A stretch of 63,295 nucleotides of DNA, filler included, from Octopus bimaculoides (Eukaryota): the NCBI RefSeq assembly GCF_001194135.2. It is 6 parts of 6 records of this genome, joined end to end, with 100 filler letters (N's around TTAATTAATTAA, not from the genome) between each part and the next. Parts side by side here need not be neighbours in the genome. Positions count along the whole stretch, not along the records: positions 52,478 to 63,295 come from NC_068995.1; 5 more parts are not named here. The stretch is one strand, 5' to 3'. A program made the translations under genes and the position numbers. Each line of letters starts with the position of its first letter. Positions within the stretch are counted from its first letter, which is position 1. Positions 52,864 to 63,295 of the stretch are shown here, one piece after another. Under the pieces are notes generated by a model that worked only from the letters and a program-made list of their open reading frames with translations, was not told where the DNA came from and made no database searches.

Positions 52864-53019
52864 ATGATACAATACCCCATCACGCCTACAAAATGCAGCA
52901 TAGACCACCCCAGCAGCACAAGGGTGAAACAAAAGGATACAATAGAAATTTGCTTGAAACTATCAGATGTCGAAAAATAATAGTAGTGGTGACGATGGTG
53001 ACGAAAGTTACGTTACCTC

Positions 53020-54476
53020 AGTTTATGAGTGGAGTTTCCGAAGAAACCCTGGATGTAACCCGTTACTGAGCAGAGATTAGTAGATCAAGCTAATGCTATT
53101 GGGTGGGGAAAGTGGATGCTATTAGGAGAAGAAAATGAATGACAGAATTTGAGATAGAAGAGATCGCAAGAGAAATGGAAAAGAAAGATCAGGCAGTAGG
53201 TAAGACAAACAAAACATGAGAGATATAGCTTAAACCAATGGAAAACCGAATAGAAAAAAATAATAGCGCTAACAATAAGGAAGGGACAACTGACACCATC
53301 GATTTTAGTAATTTAAATGAGGAAGATCAGAAGATTTTAGATGAGTTGCAAAAAGTAACGAGTAAAGAATTAAGAAACAGATTGCCAGCATTAAAAGGCA
53401 CCAACAGAAGGAATCTACTTGAAATGACTAGGAAAGTAAACTCTGCTATCAGTAGAATACACACTACAAATATAGGAGACACAAAATTATTGATCAATGC
53501 AGGAGGGGCAATAGTCAATAGAAGATTAGTTATCTCACAGGGAAAGATTTTTAAAAATGAGCACAAGTGGAAAAAGAGATTACGAAATAGAGTGGAGACT
53601 TTAAGACAAGATCTGAGAGGAATAGAAGCCTGGAAACTGAATAAGTTAGGAAACACAAAATGCAACTCTTCCCTTGAGAAAAGATACTTAGGCAAAGAGA
53701 AAGGATTTGGGACATACCGGTAGCAAGCAGGATCTCCTGATATCAGAAAAGAATACATCAATATTAAGATTAATAATATTAATAATAGATTATTTCTGAC
53801 ACACCAGAAGAGATTTTACATCTAAATAAATAGTGGAGAATAAAGTACTGAAGTGGAGAATGTTCTGGACTAATATTTGGGATAAGCCAGTCAATCATAA
53901 TGGAGATGCGGTATGGTTACAGAAAGTGAAGGAAGATATAGTGACTAAGGAAGGGTCAGATCTAAGATTAACTAGTACATTACTGAGCAAAATGTTAGTA
54001 AAATTAACGAATTGGAAGGTCACAGACTAGATTTACTTCAAGAGTACTGGCTGAAGAATGTTAATAATTTACATGTAAGGTTGAGTGAACAACTTTAGGA
54101 TTGCCTTAATGGAGGAATAATACCAGATTGGGTAACACATTATGAAAGATACGAGCAAGGATAATACTGCTAGCAACCATAGAACAATCACTTGGTCACC
54201 AATGGTTTGGAAGCTGTTAACAAGAATGCTTTCGGAAAGCATTTACGAGCACCTTGACAACCAGAGTTTAATGCCAGAAGATTGCAGGAAGAATGCTAGA
54301 GGAACGCATGATCTATTATACGTATACACACTAATTCTAAATGAAGTAAAAGCTAGAAGGATAAACCTAACTATAGCGTGGATAGATTACAGGAACGCCT
54401 ATGACATGGTCCCACACTCATGGAAAAGCGAATGTCTGAGTATATTCAGTGTAGCAGACAAAATGAGAAAATTAAT
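53020..54476 (+). pseudogene. Older R4/Dong-clade ORF fragment (N-terminal region plus RT domains 0-3)
   Basis: VTEQRLVDQ, WKKRLRNRV..LRQDL, FWTNIWDKP..HN..A.WL, NHRTITWSPMVWKLLT, AWIDYRNAYDMVPHSW. Many stops and frameshifts. Confidence 0.85.
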
Positions 54477-54869
54477 TATCTTTTTTCCTTCTGAATTGCA
54501 GAGTAAATCTATTTAACTTTGAGGATCACATCTATTCGTATACATGTTTTCCCAATAATCAACAAGAGGCTTGAAATTTTAGTAACGTCTTAATTAAGTT
54601 ACCCGAAGATAATGAACACACATAAATATTATTGAGATAGTTAACTCCTCGGTATCATACAGAATATAATATCAAGCTGTTGCCTATCTCAAAACCATTT
54701 ACAATTCGACAAATGTTACAATTGTGGAAGTTTAAATTCTCAAGGCGCACATACCTGTTACTTTGAATTACAACTAATGTTATATGTTTGTAATTATTTA
54801 AATCGCTTTTCCTATTTACAATATGATGATGGAACATTCTTCCGAAGTTTGGTCATTAAAAGATATATA

Positions 54870-55130
54870 GAAATGAATTCGAATAGACAACATTTATTTA
54901 TTTTGCTAATAAAATGGCGCCACGGTATTGTTTATCGGCAAAATAAACTATTCTAAAGCTGAAAAGTTATAGTGTTCTTTGGAATAAATAGAAATGCAGC
55001 TTACCATTGATTTCAATGTCTAATAATTATTGTAATGATATTGTAAGTAACACAATACCTCTCCAAGTGGTATATTGTATTCCATGATATCTAAAGTCTC
55101 TTCGTGTTTTGGCAAATGAAAACGACATGT
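54870..55130 (+). repeat. Ancient dispersed repeat, second copy at 59770-60023
   Basis: Collinear shared blocks GAAATGAATTC, ATTTTGCTAAT(A/G)AAATGGCGCCA, GTCTCTTCGTGTTTT and GACATG. Confidence 0.65.
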
Positions 55131-55273
55131 TCATTACTTATTGTTTGTTCATATTGATGTAGCATCTTCATCATAAAACAAACATTGAATTTAGAAATGT
55201 ATAATATTATATAAATTGATACATACATACAAACATACACACACAAACGCATACACACGCACATATAAATGTA

Positions 55274-56533
55274 TTGGATCGTGTCATAAATAATGCGGTT
55301 TTTCCAATTGCATGAACTTTACAGGGGGATAAATTATCTGCATCAGCTTGCTATGAAAGCAGGCAGTAATGTTACTTAGTAATTATTCTTAGTACACATT
55401 TTGAAGAGTGTAGTTTGATTTTAACAGTTATTTTTTTCAAAGCCAGAATGGAAGTGACAAAGGAGCATATTCGGCGTATTTTGTTTTGTGAGTTCAATAG
55501 AAGCAACAGTGAAAGAGAAAGTGCGAGGAATATTCATAAAGTATAAGTGGATCAGGCAATAAGCATAAGCTAGTGTCAAGGGTGGTTCTAGAAATTCCGA
55601 ACAGGAAAGTATAGCCTAGAAGACGCGCCTCGTCCTGGAAAATCAGTAGAGTTCGATGAGGAAGACGTGGAACCATGGTGGAACAAAATCCCATCGCAAC
55701 TGTCGAGGAACCAGCAGAGAAGCTTGGATTTGGTCATCAGCCATTCATCGACAACTGCGTGCCATCGGAAAAGTCATCAACTTGGGTCAATGGGTTCCTC
55801 GCAAACTTTCCAAGTCTAATCGCGCGCAGAGAGCGGGTGTAGGTTTTTCTTTGTTGTCAAGTCGCCCGCATAGACCATTTTTGGACCAAATAACGACTGG
55901 TGACTGGAGATGAGTTCTCTTTAAAAATATCAAGCTCTGAAGATATTGGGTAGGGAAAGGAGAAGCACCGGCACCCCAGGCTAAAGAAGCTGTTTTTAAC
56001 TGTTCGATGGGATTTTAAAGATTTAGTCCATTTGTAACCCTTAAGTCCAAGCAAAACGATGACAAGGAGATCTACTGCGAGCAACTTGAGCGGCTTTAGT
56101 CAGCGCTAGAATAAAAACTAACATCATTGGTTTCAAGATGAGAGGTGTTCTTCCATCAGGATATTGGTCGGCCACATACAGCGAGGGTGACATTCCAAAG
56201 GCTGGAACAGTTTGAATAGGAAACGATGCCGCACCCAGCATATTCACCGGACATTGCCCTATCTCATTATTATTTATTCCGTAGTTCTCAAAGTCATTAG
56301 GACAGATATAGACAAGAGTTCTCTAGATGAGGCCAGAACAGTACTGGAAGAGTATTTTTCATCACAAACATGTAAATGTTTGAAGAGTGGTCTTGCAAGT
56401 CTACCAGGTAGATGGAAGAGCTTTGTAGAAAATTAAGGAAGGTATATTTCAGACTAAAAACGAACTTTGTTTATCTTAATTTTGAAAAATTAAAACAAGT
56501 ATAGAAAAATGCATTATTTCATGAGGTGACTCA

Positions 56534-56534
<1 letters not shown>
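55274..56534 (+). mobile_element. Full-length degenerate mariner, 1261 bp
   Basis: TA-flanked degenerate TIRs. Transposase relic 55448-56457 with WVPRKL, TGD and PHPAYSPDIA motifs. Confidence 0.9.
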
Positions 56535-56606
<72 letters not shown>

Positions 56607-56859
56607 NNNNNNNNNNNNNNNNNNNNNNNNNNNNNNNNNNNNNNNNNNNNNNNNNNNNNNNNNNNNNNNNNNNNNNNNNNNNNNNNNNNNNNNNNNNNNN
56701 NNNNNNNNNNNNNNNNNNNNNNNNNNNNNNNNNNNNNNNNNNNNNNNNNNNNNNNNNNNNNNNATCTTATATATATGTATACATGGATATGGATATACAT
56801 ATATTATACATGTATATACACACACACACATATTACATACCTATTGCTACATCTTTATA

Positions 56860-57644
56860 CCAGGTATGATCAATAAGTATCCAGAATGTCGCCATAGTAA
56901 CAAAGCTGAAGTATGCAGTGTATTGTCGCTTGGCAATGATTTACCTTTACTGCGCATGTGCACTCGGTTTTAACGTTCTATTTCACGTCTTCTGTGATTG
57001 GAACGACACATTGAGTGTCATGGTGATACCTGCTCTGAAGCCTACACCGATTTGCAGAAAGTTTATGGACTCGATTGTATGAGCCGCACATACGACTGTT
57101 TCAGACGTTTCCAAGATGTCCGAAAAAATGTCGATATTCACGAACGTTTTGGGAGACCTGCAAACAGCAGTTTTGAGAAATAAACATCGCAGATATGCAT
57201 GCAGCTGTGAAGGGAAATAGCCGAATTACCATCCGTCAGTTATCAGAGGATGTGCAAATTAGTTACGGTTCAGTTACATGCAATACCACTCAAGATTTGG
57301 GTATGAGACGTGTGCCTGTCGAGTGTGTGTGAAAATCGCTTCTAGCTGACCAAGTCTAATCTGGAGATTCATTTGCACATGATATTTTTGAAAACTTTCC
57401 ATAGGCCTCTGTCAAAATTTGATGCACATTCTCTGCTCAAATTAATCTGTCATGTTCAATGCTACACACCTACACACCTTCCTTCCACGCACTGTTGTAA
57501 ACAGCAGTAGCAAGCTACAACGTTAGGCCGTTGTGCGTCTGCACATCAGGGTATCGTGTCAGTGTGTACCAAGCGGCTTCACTTTGCGTGGTTTAGCTTT
57601 GTAACTAGGGCAACAGCCCTCTTATACTTGTTGAACAGACCCCC

Positions 57645-57645
<1 letters not shown>
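56860..57645 (+). mobile_element. Internally deleted mariner-like element, about 780 bp
   Basis: HTH relic EAYTDLQKVYGLDCMSRT..F.RF....GRP. Degenerate ~50-bp TIRs (TCAATAAGTAT..TGTCGCCATAGTAACAAAGCT versus its inverse at the right end). Confidence 0.7.
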
Positions 57646-57714
<69 letters not shown>

Positions 57715-58113
57715 NNNNNNNNNNNNNNNNNNNNNNNNNNNNNNNNNNNNNNNNNNNNNNNNNNNNNNNNNNNNNNNNNNNNNNNNNNNNNNNNNNNNNN
57801 NNNNNNNNNNNNNNNNNNNNNNNNNNNNNNNNNNNNNNNNNNNNNNNNNNNNNNNNNNNNNNNNNNNNNNNNNNNNNNNNNNNNNNNNNNNNNNNNNNNN
57901 NNNNNNNNNNNNNNNNNNNNNNNNNNNNNNNNNNNNNNNNNNNNNNNNNNNNNNNNNNNNNNNNNNNNNNNNNNNNNNNNNNNNNNNNNNNNNNNNNNNN
58001 NNNNNNNNNNNNNNNNNNNNNNNNNNNNNNNNNNNNNNNNNNNNNNNNNNNNNNNNNNNNNNNNNNNNNNNNNNNNNNNNNNNNNNNNNNNNNNNNNNNN
58101 NNNNNNNNNNNNN

Positions 58114-58152
<39 letters not shown>

Positions 58153-60191
58153 GTATGTATATATATATATTGTTGGAATTTACAAAAAACAAAAAAAAAC
58201 AAAAGAAGAAGACACACATACACACATAGCCTCAAGATGACACTCACTATTTCAATTCTGTTACATTTCTGCGAATGTACTTATATAGAAGATAACTAGC
58301 TGCCTTAGAATGTCTTTAACGCTCGCTCTCAAATGTCAAACGATTTTCTCTTTCACCTGAATATGGCTAATCGTACAATGACGAACTTTAAGACGTGTAC
58401 GAAAATAATGTTTATGCTGCGGGTTGCGTTGTCACATTGTTGTAATAAAAGTAGTCATAGATTTTTCCTGCAAAACCTCTACTTATTGCAAACTAAAGCA
58501 CTTAAGTAAATTAATAAAGTACCTATATTTCATATGGCACGTGGATACGATCATTCCTTTCAAAATCGAAGTAAAGACTGTTTATAGACAAGTGCTCCAA
58601 ACCAACACTTTCTAACCAGTTTATCAAAAATCAAATTTTAGGCATAAAAATAACGATTCCATAATGGTTATTGAAAACGTGATCTTTTCGATTTTCGAAT
58701 ATTTCATTATAATGGAATGTTCCATAGTATAGTTGAGAGCTATGTTTTATTTGGATTTTTCTTCGTCGAGGAACCAAAATGCTTAAAGCCACGTAGAAGT
58801 ATTAGCACACGACTGTACCAACTCAAACATTTATTTAACAATCACAAACGCAGCCACATATAGACATACATACATACATGCATACATACATAAATAAACA
58901 CACATAAATGCAGAAATCTTACATGCATTCACAGAAAGGTACGACGATAGTTTATTTGGACGTTAATTTGAGAATAACCAAATAGTAAAACATCACATTC
59001 AGCTATATATACCTAGTCCTACATACACTACTACAAAATCACGCAGATACACTTTACACAGACACATACACATATTTGCACACCCACACACCCATGCACA
59101 CATACACACCCAGAAATTTGGGAGGTAGCATTGAAATGTTTTATGAAATCTTCAGTATTTGTCTATCATATCCTTTTAAATAAATCAATCTAATTGACAT
59201 ACGTAGTAAAATATTTATTTTTAGCTAATAACATTCATTCATTTACCAAGAATATCTTCCTAAGTAAGTTATTCAGTACATCATCGTGTGAAACATCGTC
59301 AGTGATGTCTACAAGGGACATTAGAATTTTCGGGTCTTTCAACATCAGGCACTCTCAACTAGATGCCCTAGCCGTGGTTGACCAAGCCCTAGATTGTATC
59401 CACTTATCATTACCCACCCACCTTACTAACAGTAAGCCCTTCTGGGTTTGCACCACCTGGTCAACAGCCTTGGGGCAATCTTTGCTGGCTCTGCATCCAA
59501 CCAGATAGACGTTGCTTACTGGGACTACATCACGTGTGCCACACTTTGCTTTGGCAGCTGATTGGTGATATTTGAGAAACAATTTTGAACATTAATCTGT
59601 TCAAAGTATCTTTTCATTCTGCCAGTACGTCATGTTTGTAAACTTTATTTCCCAAGACAGACACAGCTCTTAAGTTGGAAGAAAACTAATGTCTCACAGC
59701 CATCGTTATTTCTCTTCACGGAGCTATGAGGCGAAATTCTTGAACAGTTTGGTCAATAATGTATTTCTTGAAATGAATTCAATTACACGGCGCCTCTATA
59801 TTTTGCTAATGAAATGGCGCCAAGTGTTCTTTAGCGACAAAAGAAAATATTTTCTTTGGCTGAAATGCTATCAGGTTGTCGTAGCGGTGCAGTTTAGCAT
59901 TGTTTAGCACATCTATTAATGATTCTTATGTTATTATTATAATAGAATATCGCTTCTAGTAGCGCATTATGTTCTATTCAAGTTGACGTCTCTTCGTGTT
60001 TTACTTAACGAAAATTGACATGATGTCTTATTTATTCTGTACACAGCATAGGTTTAAAACTGCTCTACAAACAATGTGTACGTTTTTATGTGTATGCGTA
60101 ACTGACATATATAAAGATATACAAGGAGCCAGTCGATAAATATTAGTGGAATCAAATAGTCGTAATATTCTTGAGGCCTCTAATAAATGTA

Positions 60192-60950
60192 TGGTGTTCG
60201 GGCTAAATTTGACAGTTTGCAAAAGAGGAAAAGAACACAAAATATGCCCTCCAAAAATAAAATATTCAAAATAATCAGCTAGATTATAGCTGGGAGATAA
60301 CAGTTTATTCAAAGTAAATGCGATTATCGTCAACCATGTCTCAAGACGGCGTCCAAATGTGGCCCAATATTTCTTCTCTGTGTCCATAGTAAGGTCTTCG
60401 AACACCTCCTTGATCTTTGTCACAATCTCGACCTTTGGAACCAGAAGTTGAAACTGTTGAAATCGCACAAATTCTCCAACAACCTCTTTTGACTCTTTCC
60501 GGAGGTGTGGGTTGAGACGAATTCTGCTGTCACACATGTGGCTTTCAGGTAGCAAACCGTTCCATCTACGGCTTGACGACAGTTTCCCACAGCTTGAAAT
60601 AGTCGTATGAATCGACCATATGTCTCTGCTCAAATATGTGTCCCTGTTCAAATAGGTGCAAGAGCACCTGTTGCTTCTCCTCTTGCTGGCAACGGCACAC
60701 CACTCCCATCTTACAGCATTTACATTGTTCACAGAGGATTGAGCATCAGTCATATTATCGGCCTTTTTATACGCTGCATGAATACTCATAGTACAGATGA
60801 ATCATTTCTAGTATTCTTTTGGGTTCCCGTCCGCCTTATCAGTTAACATTTTCTCAACTAGAGCCTTCATCTTCATGCTCCTCAAAGCCGTGGAATGTTT
60901 ACAAATGCATCAAACCGTTTCTGAAATAAAAAATGAGACAGAAGAAAATC
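60192..60950 (-). pseudogene. maT/DD37D-like Tc1-mariner transposase relic with right end
   Basis: Across three frames: HIFEQ..YFKLWETVVKP, QQNS, TSGKSQKRLLENLCDF..NFW, KIKEVFEDL, MVDDNRIYFE* (stop 60305). Subfamily call rests on recalled motifs. Confidence 0.65.
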
Positions 60951-61000
60951 GTCATATTTAATCCGACTAACTAGTAGAATGGTATCATCCAATGAATCAC

Positions 61001-61074
61001 ATGTCCGATACCTACAACTTGTAGGTATCGGACATTCAAAGAGCAACGTGCTTATATATAAACCATGGTTTATA
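61001..61074. repeat. Two adjacent perfect palindromes
   Basis: ATGTCCGATACCTACAA-C-TTGTAGGTATCGGACAT (61001-61035) and TATAAACCATGGTTTATA (61057-61074). Confidence 0.95.
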
Positions 61075-63245
61075 ATCATTCAAAAGAAAGTAAGAAAATG
61101 GTGATATAGTATTTAATAGAAATTTATTATCTGCAAAATTCAAACCTAAGACCTTACATCTGTTTCAATTAAGACTAAAAGATTAAATAGAAATTATTAA
61201 AATCATCATACAAGGCAAAATCTCTTTAGATGGTTAGAAAAAAGATATAGCTTTAGATTTTTTATCTGCCGTATTTTATCTGCTGTATTTTAGAATCAGC
61301 CGACTGAGGATTATTTTATGGCTAATATTAGTGTATGCCCGGGTTTGTGGGTTACAGGTTGTTTTTGTAGGTAATGCATAATGTGTGAGTATAATTATGG
61401 AAATAACGGGTAAATAGAGGTTGAATAGTGAATTATAGTGAAGAAAAGTATCATCTGAATGAGGACATAAAATAAATACTTTCGTTAGTTGTTTATGAAG
61501 TTGAGAGAAAGTTATAGATATATAATAAATAAACATATATTAACACCGGTCAAAAGCATTCGTCTTTTAATTCAGTGCTTACACACTCAAGCACACACAC
61601 ACACACACACGCACATATATNNNNNNNNNNNNNNNNNNNNNNNNNNNNNNNNNNNNNNNNNNNNNNNNNNNNNNNNNNNNNNNNNNNNNNNNNNNNNNNN
61701 NNNNNNNNNNNNNNNNNNNNNNNNNNNNNNNNNNNNNNNNNNNNNNNNNNNNNNNNNNNNNNNNNNNNNNNNNNNNNNNNNNNNNNNNNNNNNNNNNNNN
61801 NNNNNNNNNNNNNNNNNNNNNNNNNNNNNNNNNNNNNNNNNNNNNNNNNNNNNNNNNNNNNNNNNNNNNNNNNNNNNNNNNNNNNNNNNNNNNNNNNNNN
61901 NNNNNNNNNNNNNNNNNNNNNNNNNNNNNNNNNNNNNNNNNNNNNNNNNNNNNNNNNNNNNNNNNNNNNNNNNNNNNNNNNNNNNNNNNNNNNNNNNNNN
62001 NNNNNNNNNNNNNNNNNNNNNNNNNNNNNNNNNNNNNNNNNNNNNNNNNNATATATATATATGTTCATATACTCACACGTATATATATATACGTACGCAC
62101 AGATATATGTGTCAACACACATACGTGACACACATCTTGTCCACATCAAGCGTGTACAACCTTATATAGATGCATATGTGTGTGTGTATGCAGGTTTGTG
62201 CATTCGTGTGTGTGTATGTATCTACAGATAAGTGAATAAGTACATATACATGCAAAAACTACACTCACCCCTAAAAAAATATTGGTATGAATCACGTAAA
62301 GTCGAGAAAATTTGATTGGTTAAATATCTTTTGAATATAGATCGCATTTATTTAAATGGCTCTCACGGAAAAAAAAAAACTAGGTTGTTTTGTTTCTAAA
62401 GGAAAGTGAGCTTAAGGGGTATGGGTGCTTGTAATGTCAATAATAATTCAAATTAATGTATGAGGGGAGTTATTATTAAATAATTCTTATGCAACATGTT
62501 GATATTTAAGGAGTATTAAAGCAAATTTATATGTTCATATATTTATGTAGTTATATCTTATTGATTAGATTATCAAGAACACGAATAAATGAAGTAATTG
62601 AGAAATGAATAAACCGTTCACGTGCACGTAGATCTCTATATATGTCGCTATTTACATAGACACTTACGTATACGTATGTTAATACTCAGGTATACATAAA
62701 TGTGCAAATTAAGTCTACACTGACAGCAGTTGTACACACACTTTTACAAGTATAAAGGTTTCTTTAAATCCCAACTTACATATAATTATATTAACAAGAA
62801 AGGGTAAAATAATAATATATGTGGATAATAATAGAAATTAAAATATAAATTCCAATAAAATATATAGATGTCTGAATAAATAAAAATGAAAATAAATATA
62901 TAACTAAATATAATAATATAATATGAATGCACATCAATCATTATTAAATTTTTAATAATTTGTAAATACGCTTATGAATTAAATGTAGTTATATGAATAA
63001 TAGTGGAATTTACGTATGTGTTACAAAGTTTGACTATTCAAAATTTTTTTATAATAAAGTCTAATATTGTAATATGATAATAATCTTTATTCAAATATTT
63101 ATTTATTTTTAAAAAGATGCTCATGGTGTACATTCTAATTTAGTCAATATGTGTGATTAGTGCAACGATACAGGCACTAATCACACATAATACAGTGGAG
63201 GCGTAATATAATAATATAAAAAATAATTAAATTGAATAGTATACA

Positions 63246-63291
<46 letters not shown>

Positions 63292-63295
63292 TATA

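Noticed and set aside
59280-59580. GC-richer island, possible exon
   Set aside because: Stops in most frames and no clear splice pair. Faint resemblance to an RTE C-terminus on the minus strand, too weak to call.
60028-60789. 253-aa ORF superficially like a membrane or ion-channel protein (LLEASRILRLF)
   Set aside because: Overlapping frames carry Tc1/mariner transposase motifs. Only the KIKEVFEDL stretch is in the transposase frame, and the hydrophobic tail reads through the element's AT-rich 3' end and flank.

Overview
AT-rich, repeat-saturated eukaryotic window with roughly 8 kb of N in about 30 gaps. Five gaps are 100-bp spacers carrying an artificial TTAATTAATTAA linker. The SINE families, microsatellite load and gap style suggest an Octopus scaffold, probably O. 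bimaculoides; this is inference from recalled repeats, not a database result. I find no supportable host protein-coding gene, rRNA, true tRNA or CRISPR, so the window reads as intronic or intergenic DNA. Nearly all long ORFs in the track are microsatellite or N read-through. Real content is a layered set of mobile elements. DNA transposons: a Tc1 relic, four mariner copies, a maT-like relic, a Tigger-like MITE and an intact GG..CC MITE with an 8-bp TSD and an internal telomeric palindrome. LTR: an internally deleted Gypsy element with tRNA-Trp PBS, PPT and a motif-rich LTR. Non-LTR: RTE pieces (one family with three C-terminal C2H2 fingers), L1/Tx1, R4/Dong, a Penelope GIY-YIG fragment and two tRNA-derived SINE families. 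The best second-look items are minimal hammerhead-ribozyme folds of the Penelope type (15343-15384, 38410-38469), the telomere-repeat MITE (21336-21686), a tRNA-head/(TAA)n/Dong-tail composite (46446-46846) and a STAT/kB/HSE-motif minisatellite (15631-16030).
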